From the NCBI GenBank assembly GCA_028715545.1, contig JAQURP010000003.1:1-50542 (forward strand): a stretch of DNA of 50,542 nucleotides, written 5' to 3'. This document shows positions 10,004-19,303 of this stretch, in pieces (the first letter of the stretch is position 1; the number at the start of each line of letters is the position of its first letter). Source of the DNA: Methanocellales archaeon. Its GTDB lineage: Archaea > Halobacteriota > UBA148. A program made the translations under genes and the position numbers. The notes beneath the pieces are model-generated. The model worked only from the letters and a program-made list of their open reading frames with translations. It did no database searches and was not told the origin of the DNA.

Positions 10004-11434
10004 ATGGTATGGAAAAAAATTAAAACTGTTTTATCTGAAAATTCATGGATATATATCCTAGGTATAATCTTTTTGAGTCTTGTATTATATTGGCAGACTT
10101 TACATTTTGGTTTTGTGAGGGAGGATTATATTCAAGATAGGCTCTACTCTTTGAAAGAATTAGTTTCAACTTTTTATGGCACCTGGGATCCAAAGCACAT
10201 AGAAACCGATTTTTATCGTCCTTTGGTCACTCTCTCATATGCTGCAAACTACTTTATCTGGAAAACGAACCCTTTTGGATATCATTTGACAAACGTACTT
10301 CTAAATACGCTAAATGCACTCCTTATTCTTTTCATTATGATAAAACTCGGAACAAAACGGATGTTTAGTTTCGTTGCCGCCATCATGTTCCTTTTAATAC
10401 CCTATAACTCTATTTCTGTATCGTGGATTAGCCATAGATCTGACATTATAATGACTTTATTTTTTTTGATCTCCTTTTTATCATTTATTATTTTTTATAG
10501 TAAGCCTGATAAACGAATGTATTATCTTCTCTCGGTTTTATGCTTTGTCTTTTCTTTGATGTCCAAAGAGCAGGCAGTTACGTTACCTTTTATATTGTTA
10601 TTTTATGCGTATATAATGTATAACGATATACCCAAAAGATATTTATTATCTTATTTCGCAATATTATCTTCATATATGGCATTTAGATTTTTTATTTTTT
10701 CTGGAATTGGTGGCTATGGCACATGGTATCCTTTATGGCAGGCTATACCCCTAAATTTTTGTCTCGCATTTTTCCGAACATTCGTTCCTTTTTCCGAGGC
10801 AGACCTAATCTATGTAGCAATATATATGCCAATAATTGTTATATTTCTTGCATTTATTGCCTCTCAAATTAAACATCTCCACTATAGGGGCCATATATTT
10901 TTTTCTTTGTCATGGATAACGATTACAATCCTATCCTTGTATTCGGCATCATTCTCTCGATTGTTATATCTGACATCAGTGGGATTCGGTATGTTATTTG
11001 GAATCATTTGCTCTGAATTATTTACAAGTTTTTCGAAAACGCCAGCAGAATGTTTTGCAACTAAGAATGATATTGCGAAAACTGTTATTTTAGTTCTTTT
11101 AATAATCAGTCTATTTACCTTATTCGCCGTAGTCAATATGGAACACCAAGATACTTTAAGTCCGTCAAGTCCCATGGTTTTAAAGCGTGATCAGGGGATA
11201 TACGTCCGCTGGCATGACAAAATGGAAGATGAACAGCTTGATATTTTAAAACAAAAACTGGATAAATATGGATTATTGGATGAAACCGAGGAATTATTGA
11301 AACAAACCGACCAAGAGTTATATCCAATTCATCAAGAGGCACCGGTAGATATTTACATAACGGATTTATACCAAAAAGGTGGCTTAAATTTAGTTCTTAA
11401 AAAGATTCTCGGAAGGTGGCTATGGGAACCTTAA
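10004..11434 (+). CDS. GT-C fold membrane glycosyltransferase (PMT_2 / DUF1736-TMTC-like)
   Basis: Polytopic membrane protein. N-terminal FYRPLVTLSYAANYFIWKTNPFGYHLTNVLLNTLNALLI resembles the conserved first-loop/helix block of TMTC/PMT_2-type GT-C enzymes. Confidence 0.6.
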   Translation: MVWKKIKTVLSENSWIYILGIIFLSLVLYWQTLHFGFVREDYIQDRLYSLKELVSTFYGTWDPKHIETDFYRPLVTLSYAANYFIWKTNPFGYHLTNVLLNTLNALLILFIMIKLGTKRMFSFVAAIMFLLIPYNSISVSWISHRSDIIMTLFFLISFLSFIIFYSKPDKRMYYLLSVLCFVFSLMSKEQAVTLPFILLFYAYIMYNDIPKRYLLSYFAILSSYMAFRFFIFSGIGGYGTWYPLWQAIPLNFCLAFFRTFVPFSEADLIYVAIYMPIIVIFLAFIASQIKHLHYRGHIFFSLSWITITILSLYSASFSRLLYLTSVGFGMLFGIICSELFTSFSKTPAECFATKNDIAKTVILVLLIISLFTLFAVVNMEHQDTLSPSSPMVLKRDQGIYVRWHDKMEDEQLDILKQKLDKYGLLDETEELLKQTDQELYPIHQEAPVDIYITDLYQKGGLNLVLKKILGRWLWEP

Positions 11435-11518
11435 GCACTTCAGGAAAAGTAAAGTGATCTGACTCATTGCTACTCATATCGTTATTTTAATTTAATAAGG
11501 AATAAGGGGGCGAATAAA

Positions 11519-12841
11519 ATGGAAAAGGAAAAAATAGCCATAATGGGGATGGGTTACGTTGGTTTAACCCTATCTGTAGTATTAGCTAAGAACGGATTTG
11601 AGGTATATGGTATCGAGATTGAAAAAGAGGTTGTTGAAAATTTAAAAAAAGGAGAACCTCACTTTCATGAAAAGCGACTTAAAGCCATATTAAGACAGCA
11701 GCTGAGGTTGAATAATCTTAAGATTTGTGAATCTTTTCCGAATGAGAAAATTGATATTTATATTATCTGCGTTGGGACTCCCCTGAAAAAGGAAAGTAAA
11801 ACGTCTAACATCGATTATATTAGGGACGTAGTGCTTAACGTAGCGGGGCATATGAAACGGGGCTCCCTAATTATTTTGCGCTCTACTATCCCTGTTGGAA
11901 CATCCAGATCTGTCGTTCTCCATCTTTTGGAAAAGCAGTCTGGTCTTAAAGCGGGCAAGGATTTTTACTTCGCTTTTGCTCCCGAACGCACTATCGAAGG
12001 GAATGCCATCTTAGAGTTGGAAACGAATCCTCAAATTATAGGGGGCTTCGATGAGCGAAGTGTGACTCTAGCGTCTGATTTATTTAGAAAACTAACTCCT
12101 ACGGTAATTAACGTGTCAAGTCTTGAAGCCTCCGAGATGATAAAGATATTGGATAATACCTACCGTGATACCGTATTCGCCTACGCTAACGAGATCGCAA
12201 TGATTTGTGAAAAACTGAATCTTGACGCAACAGAGCTGATAAATGCTGCAAATACTCACTATTCCAGAAATAATATACCTAACCCAAGCCCCGGAGTTGG
12301 TGGTGCCTGTCTCTCAAAAGATCCACATATATTGATCGATTTTGCAAAGAGAGCAGGATACGATGCGAAAATAATTAAAGAAAGTAGGAGAATAAACGAA
12401 TACATTCCCATTCAAATTGTGAGTAGAATAAAAGCTAAATTGGAAGAATTCAATAAAAATATTAGGGATGCGAAAATATTTATTGTGGGTTTTGCATTTA
12501 AAGGAGAGCCTGAAACATCTGACATGCGTGATTCAACAACTTTGTTATTTCTTGATGAATTGAAAAAATATGCGAGTGACATTCATGGCTTTGATCCCGT
12601 TGTTGATAATGAGCAATTAAAACATCTTGGTATCAAGGTTTGCGAGACTATGGGGGAAGGATACTCTAATGCAGATGTGATTTTATTTTTAAATAATCAT
12701 AGGTACTATTTGGATTTAGAGCCTTTTGAAATTTGTTCAAAGATGAATAAACCCGCGATTTTTTATGATGCGTGGAGAATGTTCGAAAAAGAATTATTTA
12801 AAAATATCGAGGGAATACACTATATGGGAGTTGGTTTATGA
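11519..12841 (+). CDS. Nucleotide-sugar 6-dehydrogenase (UDP-GlcNAc/ManNAc dehydrogenase class, TviB/WbpO/WecC-like)
   Basis: IAIMGMGYVGLTLSVVLA Rossmann motif and catalytic-Cys motif GVGGACLSKDP. 440 aa. ATGA-coupled to the next SDR gene. Confidence 0.85.
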   Translation: MEKEKIAIMGMGYVGLTLSVVLAKNGFEVYGIEIEKEVVENLKKGEPHFHEKRLKAILRQQLRLNNLKICESFPNEKIDIYIICVGTPLKKESKTSNIDYIRDVVLNVAGHMKRGSLIILRSTIPVGTSRSVVLHLLEKQSGLKAGKDFYFAFAPERTIEGNAILELETNPQIIGGFDERSVTLASDLFRKLTPTVINVSSLEASEMIKILDNTYRDTVFAYANEIAMICEKLNLDATELINAANTHYSRNNIPNPSPGVGGACLSKDPHILIDFAKRAGYDAKIIKESRRINEYIPIQIVSRIKAKLEEFNKNIRDAKIFIVGFAFKGEPETSDMRDSTTLLFLDELKKYASDIHGFDPVVDNEQLKHLGIKVCETMGEGYSNADVILFLNNHRYYLDLEPFEICSKMNKPAIFYDAWRMFEKELFKNIEGIHYMGVGL

Positions 12842-13827
12842 AAAAGATTTTAGTGACGGGTGGTGGCGGATTCATAGGTTGTCATCTATCAAAACACCTT
12901 GCGAACGAGGGTAATGAAGTGATGATTGTTGATAATCTATTCAGAGGAAGGATGGATGACGAATTAAAAGAGATACTTAAAATGGAAAATGTGAAATATA
13001 CTGAAGCAGATTTGACAAACTCCAAATCCTTCGAGAAATTGGATAGTGATTTCGATTATGTATACCATCTCGCTGCTATTAATGGGACAAGATATTTTTA
13101 TGAAATTCCAGATGAAGTTTTAAGAACCAATAGTTTAGCCACAATTAATATTTTGGATTGGTTTGTTAAAAGCGAATGTAAAAAAATCCTTTTTTCATCG
13201 TCATCAGAGGTTTATGCTGGTGCTATGAGAAAATTTGGATTGCCAATTCCTACACCTGAGGATGTCCCTCTTTGCATTGAAGATGTCCAAAATTCAAGAT
13301 GGTCTTATGCTGGAAGCAAGATAATAGGGGAATTGCTATTTATCAATTATGCAAAGAAACATGACTTCGATATGACAATCGTCAGATATCATAATATTTA
13401 CGGACCGAGGATGGGATATGAACATGTGATCCCAGAATTTTTACTTAATATATACAAAAATATAGACCCTTTTCCTGTGTATGGGAATACCTCAAGAGCT
13501 TTTTGTTATATAGACGATGCAACAGAAGCCACTGAGTTGGTTATGAAGAATAAGAATTGTAACGGTGAAGTATTAAATATAGGAAATGATTTAGAAGAAA
13601 TAAGTATGGTGGATTTGGCGAAAACTATGTTTGATGTTTTGGGTTATGGTGCAACGATTGATGTAAAATCTGCACCCGAAGGCTCTGTGGATAGAAGGTG
13701 CCCAAATATTAACAAGTTAAAAAAATTAACTGGTTACAAACCAAAAATCAATCTTAAAAAGGGAATTGAGCTGACACACAGATATTGCTATAAATATTTC
13801 AAAGAAAGGAATAAAGAAGATGGATAG
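12838..13827 (+). CDS. NAD-dependent nucleotide-sugar epimerase/dehydratase (extended SDR)
   Basis: VTGGGGFIGCHL, SSSSEVYA and YAGSK (YxxxK). Pairing with the upstream dehydrogenase resembles TviB/TviC or WbpO/WbpP pairs. Confidence 0.8.
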   Translation: MKKILVTGGGGFIGCHLSKHLANEGNEVMIVDNLFRGRMDDELKEILKMENVKYTEADLTNSKSFEKLDSDFDYVYHLAAINGTRYFYEIPDEVLRTNSLATINILDWFVKSECKKILFSSSSEVYAGAMRKFGLPIPTPEDVPLCIEDVQNSRWSYAGSKIIGELLFINYAKKHDFDMTIVRYHNIYGPRMGYEHVIPEFLLNIYKNIDPFPVYGNTSRAFCYIDDATEATELVMKNKNCNGEVLNIGNDLEEISMVDLAKTMFDVLGYGATIDVKSAPEGSVDRRCPNINKLKKLTGYKPKINLKKGIELTHRYCYKYFKERNKEDG

Positions 13828-15100
13828 AACAGAGATAAAGAAAAAAATATTTGAGTTGATTAAGGAATATTTTGATCATCAAGGGAAAGAGGATTTTATT
13901 CCGAATAAAACGAAAATAGGTGTGGGTTTTCCCTGCTATAACCATAAAGAGATTATTTCTGCCGTAGATTCTTTGTTAGATTTACGTTTATCACAAGGGA
14001 AAAAAGTAGAAACATTTGAAAGAAACTTCAGTAATTATATCGGATGTAAATATGGCATTGCTGTAAATTCGGGATCCTCTGCTAATTTATTGGCTATATC
14101 TGCCCTATTAAAATCAGGCAGAGTGAAAAAGGGATGTGAAGTTATAACCCCTGCAGCAACATTTACAACGGTCGTATCGCCCATTTTACAGAATGGACTA
14201 ATCCCAACATTTGTGGACGTGGATAAGGAAACTTATAACATAGATCCACAGGAAATTAAAAGAGCATTAAACGAAAATACGGGCTTAATACTGCCGGTTC
14301 ATTCGCTTGGATGCCCCGCAGATATGGGAGAAATAATGGAAATTGCCAGGGAAAATGACATTCCAGTGATGGAAGATTGCTGTGAGGCACATGGTGCGTC
14401 AATTAATGGTGAGAAAGTTGGAACATTTGGCTTGATTTCGACCTATAGCTTCTTTGTAGCACATAATATGACGACAGGGGAAGGAGGGATAATCACAACC
14501 GACGACAAGGAGTTAGATGAGATATTAAGATCGATCAGGGAATTTGGTCGTTTAAGAAGCGTTGATTTTGATAAACCAAGATTTTATTACTCTGACGCCT
14601 GGCTAAAAGAGTATGATGAAAGATATATTTTTGAAAATATTGGGTATAATGTGAGGATGACAGATGTAACGGCTTCGTTAGGGATAGAGCAGTTGAAAAA
14701 ACTCGATTTATTAAATAAAGTGCGAGTGGAAATTGCTAAATATTTTACAGACAGATTGGAAAAATATGAGGATTATTTACAATTACCAAAAGTACCTGAA
14801 AATTATTATCATTCATTTTATGGGTTTCCTATTTTAATAAAAGAAAGCGCACCCTTTTTAAGAAGAGACATCGTTCGCTTTTTGGAAGAATATAAGATTG
14901 AAACGCGAGCTTTTATGGGTGGAAATTTGGCACTACAACCAGCATATAGAAATGAAAATATTAAGGTTATCGGGAATTTAGAAAACACAATAAAAATAAT
15001 GAACAATGCTTTTTTTATTGGTTGTTATCCATACATTGATGAAATTCAAAGGGAGTATATTATATCTGTATTTGATAATTTTTTTGAGAAATATTTGTAA
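13820..15100 (+). CDS. DegT/DnrJ/EryC1-family NDP-4-keto-6-deoxyhexose 3-dehydratase (RfbH/E1- or ColD-like)
   Basis: VNSGSSANLLAISAL and CCEAHGA blocks. In SFFVAHNMTTGEGG a His occupies the position of the PLP-binding Lys, as in E1/ColD dehydratases. Size of 426 aa and N-terminus are RfbH-like. Confidence 0.75.
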   Translation: MDRTEIKKKIFELIKEYFDHQGKEDFIPNKTKIGVGFPCYNHKEIISAVDSLLDLRLSQGKKVETFERNFSNYIGCKYGIAVNSGSSANLLAISALLKSGRVKKGCEVITPAATFTTVVSPILQNGLIPTFVDVDKETYNIDPQEIKRALNENTGLILPVHSLGCPADMGEIMEIARENDIPVMEDCCEAHGASINGEKVGTFGLISTYSFFVAHNMTTGEGGIITTDDKELDEILRSIREFGRLRSVDFDKPRFYYSDAWLKEYDERYIFENIGYNVRMTDVTASLGIEQLKKLDLLNKVRVEIAKYFTDRLEKYEDYLQLPKVPENYYHSFYGFPILIKESAPFLRRDIVRFLEEYKIETRAFMGGNLALQPAYRNENIKVIGNLENTIKIMNNAFFIGCYPYIDEIQREYIISVFDNFFEKYL

Positions 15101-15115
15101 TAGCAGAGGGCTAGA

Positions 15116-16048
15116 ATGAGTTTTTGGAAAAATAGAAGAGTGTTAGTCACTGGCGGTACAGGTTTTCTTGGAAATTCATTGGTTCCAAAATTGGAGGATT
15201 GTGATGCCATTATTTTCACTCCTGGGGGTAAAGAATTTGATTTGACTAAAGAAAAAAACGTTGAAAGTGTATTTCAAAATTTTAAAGCAGAGATAGTAAT
15301 CCATTTAGCTGCAGACTTTGGTGGAATTGGATATTTGAAATCAACTCGAGGCAAAGTTTATTTTAATAATGTAATGATGAATACGTTATTGGTGGAAAAG
15401 GCTAGGCAATATAACGTGGATAAATTTGTTGGAATCAACACCGTTTATTGCTATCCTGGAAATGCTGAAATGCCTTTAAAAGAAGAAGACCTATGGAAGG
15501 GAAGACCAGAAAAGAATTTAGCTTCTTATGGATTATCCAAAAGAATGATGATTTTTCAATCAGAAGTTTATAGAGAACAATACGGGTTTAACTCAATAAA
15601 TCTTCTATTTAGTAACATATATGGTCCACACGATAATTTCGATTTGAATTCTGCAGGTATAATTCCTGCTACCATTCGGAAATGCATCGAAGCAAAGAAT
15701 AACAATAACGATCATATTACTCTATGGGGCACAGGAAAACCCACGAGAGATAATTTGTATGTAGAAGATGCAGCAGATGCGATAATTCTGGCAACTGAGC
15801 GGTATAATAAAAGTGATCCCGTTAATATTGGAGGTGGGATTGAGGTATCGATAAGAGAACTGGTAAATCTCATTGCTGAATTGACCGGGTTTACTGGCAA
15901 GATGATTTTTGATACGTCAAAACCAGATGGGCAATTAAGGCAGTGTGTGGATACAAGTAAGGCGAAAAAGGAATTTGGATTTGAGGCTAAAACAGATTTA
16001 AAAGAAGGATTGAAAAAAACTATTAAATGGTATATGGAAAACAAGTAG
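15116..16048 (+). CDS. fcl: GDP-L-fucose synthase family 3,5-epimerase/4-reductase (Fcl/ColC-like)
   Basis: VTGGTGFLGN, NIYGPHDNFD, IIPATIRK, WGTGKPTRDNLYVEDAADA and DTSKPDG align with E. coli Fcl blocks. Confidence 0.8.
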   Translation: MSFWKNRRVLVTGGTGFLGNSLVPKLEDCDAIIFTPGGKEFDLTKEKNVESVFQNFKAEIVIHLAADFGGIGYLKSTRGKVYFNNVMMNTLLVEKARQYNVDKFVGINTVYCYPGNAEMPLKEEDLWKGRPEKNLASYGLSKRMMIFQSEVYREQYGFNSINLLFSNIYGPHDNFDLNSAGIIPATIRKCIEAKNNNNDHITLWGTGKPTRDNLYVEDAADAIILATERYNKSDPVNIGGGIEVSIRELVNLIAELTGFTGKMIFDTSKPDGQLRQCVDTSKAKKEFGFEAKTDLKEGLKKTIKWYMENK

Positions 16049-16075
16049 GTTAAGTATTGAGTTCTAGGAGTTTTT

Positions 16076-16789
16076 ATGATATCTGTGGTTGTACCGACAT
16101 ATAATGAAAAAGGAAATATTTTACCTTTTGTCAAACAAATGGAACATGTTCTGGAAAAAATTTCGGATGACTCTGAAATCATTTTCGTTGATGATAGTAG
16201 CCCCGATGGTACGGGGGAAGTAATAAAAAATTTACAAAAAAACAATTCTAACTTGGTTTTAGTAGAGAGAGAAAAGAAAGAGGGAATCGGAGCTGCTCAC
16301 ATGGCTGGTTTTGATGTTGCAAAAGGCGATATCATTATAACAATCGATGTTGACCTTTCCCAAAATCCTAAATATTTGTTTGATTTTAAGGATAAATTGT
16401 ACTCCGGGTGGGACATGGTCATTGGATCACGTTATATAAAAGGCGGTGGCATGGAAAACAAGACATTTATAAGCCATATGGGTAGCAGATTTGCTAATAT
16501 AATGAGTTCTCTCATTTTAGGTATAAAGATAAGGGATGCCTCGCATACATTCAGGGCATTTAAAAGAGAAGTTTACGACAAACTTAGGGGAAAATTAAAA
16601 TCAAAGGGACATCCATCATTTGAAGTTGAGTTCACATATATGGCAACTAAATTTGGTTTTAAAATATGTGAGATACCTGTTATATTTCATGAGAATAGAA
16701 TTAGCGGAAAGTCAAAGATAGACATCAGACGAGAATTTTATAGATACATGAAATGCCTTTTAGACCTACGATTTCGTGGGAACAAATAA
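16076..16789 (+). CDS. GT2 polyprenyl-phosphate glycosyltransferase (Dpm1 / dolichyl-phosphate mannose synthase-like)
   Basis: ISVVVPTYNEKGNI, IIFVDDSSPDGTG, IDVDLSQNP and GSRYIKGGG are the classic Dpm1/GtrB-type soluble GT2 pattern. 237 aa. Confidence 0.85.
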   Translation: MISVVVPTYNEKGNILPFVKQMEHVLEKISDDSEIIFVDDSSPDGTGEVIKNLQKNNSNLVLVEREKKEGIGAAHMAGFDVAKGDIIITIDVDLSQNPKYLFDFKDKLYSGWDMVIGSRYIKGGGMENKTFISHMGSRFANIMSSLILGIKIRDASHTFRAFKREVYDKLRGKLKSKGHPSFEVEFTYMATKFGFKICEIPVIFHENRISGKSKIDIRREFYRYMKCLLDLRFRGNK

Positions 16790-16857
16790 ATTAATCATTC
16801 CAATCAATTTATTAAACTCTGTATTGTTGATACATTTGTTTGAGTGTAAAAGATTCC

Positions 16858-18588
16858 ATGAAGATTTCCTGTGTAGTTCCGGCATATAACGAAGAGAAAA
16901 ACCTCAAAAAATTGGTGGAGGAGTTAATCCCAGTTTTAGAAAGCCATGAAGAAACAAAAGACTATGAAATAATTTTGGTCAATGACAACAGCACAGATAA
17001 TACGCCTTCTATTATTGACACATTAGCGAATGAGAATCCACGTATTAAGCCTGTTCACCGAGCAAGCACACCAGGATTTGGGAATGCAATAAAGTCTGGT
17101 TTAAAACATGCTTCAGGAGATATTGTCATCCCAGTCATGGGTAACCTGTCTGACGACCAGACAGACCTCCTAAAACTTGTCAAAAAGATAGAAGAAGGAT
17201 ATGACATTGCATACGGCTCAAGATTCATAAAAGGCAGCTCGGTAGAAGACTATCCTATCACAAAAATCTTTGCAAATCGTATTTTTAACAATGTAGTTCG
17301 TTTTTTGTTTGGAATCAGCCATAAGGACGTAACAAATGCATTCAAGGCATATAAGCGGAAAGTTTTAGAGACAATTGGCATTGAGAATATGGAGGCAGAG
17401 GGCTTCGACCTTACCGTGGAGATACCGCTAAAAGCTCACATTCTGGGTTTTAAAAGTGCTGAAGTCCCTGTGAACTGGTATGGCCGGAAAAGAGGGATTG
17501 TCAAGCTGAAGTTATCAGAAAATGCGCTGGTTTACGGCAAAAGATTGCTCAAGCTATTTTTCTGGGGAAATCTTGTCGCATTGCGTGATTTATTCAGTGC
17601 CGTTATAAAGGGTTCTTGGATAAGTGTGCTTGTGGCAATACTCATTGGTTTTTTTATCTTAGCAGGTATCTTCACGTTTTCCGGATTTTCAGAGGTTTTT
17701 GGTATTCTGAGGAGTGCATCGCTATATTGGATTTTGTTTAGTTGTAGTACAATTTTTTTGTCATTCCTATTGAGAACGTGGAGATGGAGTGTTATATTGA
17801 GAAGTGCAGGGTTTGTAGCGTCACGAGATATGGTCTTCAAATGCATCATGTTTGGCTGGCTATTAAATTATTTACTTCCCGCAAGATTAGGAGATATTGC
17901 ACGAGGCATTGCATTAAAAACGACTGAGCGGGTACCACTTGGTATGGGCCTATCAACAATCGTGTTGGAGAGAATTTTTGATATAATAGCGCTTGCTGTT
18001 TTATTAGCGCTGCCTGCAACTTTGTTTTATCAAAAGCAATTTTTGTGGCTGGAAGTAATTTCAGTCGGGTTAGTGGTTGCACTGACTCTTGTTCTGTTCC
18101 TCGTGTATAAGTTTGATGAATACATCGTTAGAGTGCTGAAAGGCAGGGTACCAAAAATAAAAGACTCCATCTCTTTGCTAAAAAAAGGGTTAGATGATAT
18201 AAGGAATAGTATGCCAGCTATGGCTTTTTGTTTCGCACTTTCCATACCGATATGGCTCTTTGAGATATCCTCATTATTTTTTGCAGCAAAAGCGATTAAT
18301 TTTGATATTCCATTTTTATTTGCGACGGTTTCAGGGATTGCGGCATTTATTGCCCAGGCTCTCCCAGTTACACCAGCAGGTATCGGCGTCCATGAAGCTT
18401 CAATTACAGGTGTTCTTGCACTATTTGGCGTACCTACAAGTACTGGCGTCTCAATAGCCTTGGTTGATCATTTCGCGAGAGGTCTGATAATCTACATCTT
18501 TGGCTTGATTTCTGCTATTCATATAGGTTTTGCATCAAGGGGCTATTTTAAGCGAAGGGATGAGATGAATAAGGATGGAGATGGGTGA
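16858..18588 (+). CDS. Fusion protein: Dpm1-like GT2 domain + UPF0104 (LPG_synthase_TM / MprF-flippase-like) membrane domain
   Basis: N-terminus has ISCVVPAYNEEKN, ILVNDNSTDNT and GSRFIKG. C-terminal ~330 aa is polytopic with RTWRWSVILRSAG ... LNYLLPARLGDIARG, typical of UPF0104. ATG 16858 preferred over TTG 16840. Confidence 0.8.
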   Translation: MKISCVVPAYNEEKNLKKLVEELIPVLESHEETKDYEIILVNDNSTDNTPSIIDTLANENPRIKPVHRASTPGFGNAIKSGLKHASGDIVIPVMGNLSDDQTDLLKLVKKIEEGYDIAYGSRFIKGSSVEDYPITKIFANRIFNNVVRFLFGISHKDVTNAFKAYKRKVLETIGIENMEAEGFDLTVEIPLKAHILGFKSAEVPVNWYGRKRGIVKLKLSENALVYGKRLLKLFFWGNLVALRDLFSAVIKGSWISVLVAILIGFFILAGIFTFSGFSEVFGILRSASLYWILFSCSTIFLSFLLRTWRWSVILRSAGFVASRDMVFKCIMFGWLLNYLLPARLGDIARGIALKTTERVPLGMGLSTIVLERIFDIIALAVLLALPATLFYQKQFLWLEVISVGLVVALTLVLFLVYKFDEYIVRVLKGRVPKIKDSISLLKKGLDDIRNSMPAMAFCFALSIPIWLFEISSLFFAAKAINFDIPFLFATVSGIAAFIAQALPVTPAGIGVHEASITGVLALFGVPTSTGVSIALVDHFARGLIIYIFGLISAIHIGFASRGYFKRRDEMNKDGDG

Positions 18589-19242
18589 TTTGTATCAAGA
18601 AATGTATCGCAGAAGATTTTGTAAGGATATCGAGTTCAGAAAGAAGTTGTACTAGGTGCTTTGCACCGACTTTTTTTTTCAGAAATATATTCCTGAAGAT
18701 GCGAATGTGCTTGAAATTGGTGCTGGATACTTTGAATTCATAAATAATATGATCTCAAAGCAGAGAAAAAAAATCGTTTTAGATTCAAATCCAGACATTA
18801 AAAAAATTCGTTGGGGGTGATGTTGGAGCAGTTATAGCAAGTTCTACGGATATGAAGAAAACTAAAAATGGAAGTATGGATGTAGTTTTTGCCAATAATT
18901 TCTTTGAACACTTAAGCAGGGAGATATTGTTAAAACGATCACAGAAGTTCATAAAGTCCTAAGTAACGGGGGCAAATTCTTGATTTTACAGCCTAACATT
19001 CGATTTTGCTTCAAGGATTACTGAATGTTTTCTATCATATAACGCCTTTAGATGACAGAAGCTTGTCTGAGGTCTTAGAAATTAATGGATTTAAATTTGT
19101 GGAATGTAATCCTAAATTTTTACCTTACACAATGAAAAGTAAATTGCCTAAATTTATCCTCCTTCTGAAATTATATCTTAAGATTACCTCAATCCATAAA
19201 ATATTTGGCAAAAAAGCGTTTATTTATGCCCTAAAAGTGTGA
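18581..19242 (+). pseudogene. Decayed class I SAM-dependent methyltransferase
   Basis: Homology is followable across three frames (VLEIGAGYFEFINN ... SMDVVFANNFFEHLSRE ... KTITEVHKVLSNGGKFLILQPN ... HITPLDDRSLSEVLEINGFKFVE). In-frame TAG at 18653-18655 and TGA at 19021-19023, plus at least three frameshifts, one in the A7 run at 18800-18806. Confidence 0.75.
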
Positions 19243-19303
19243 TAATATGGGGTTAGTGAGAAATGGAAAGATAGCGGGCGAGTTAAGGAGAAAGTAGATT
19301 AAA

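Noticed and set aside
10004-11434. Checked whether any of the three GT-C proteins (10004, 19304 on the minus strand, 48227) is an AglB/STT3 oligosaccharyltransferase.
   Set aside because: None of them contains a WWDYG-type motif. Their first-loop motifs resemble ArnT/PMT-type enzymes instead.
15712-16245. A 177-aa minus-strand ORF. Many other 60-150 aa antisense or out-of-frame ORFs appear in the track (e.g. 2282-2629, 24279-24626, 32031-32432, 34143-34592, 29136-29459).
   Set aside because: All lie inside strongly supported + strand genes. They have low-complexity or Ser/Leu/Ile-rich translations and no motifs, as expected for shadow ORFs.
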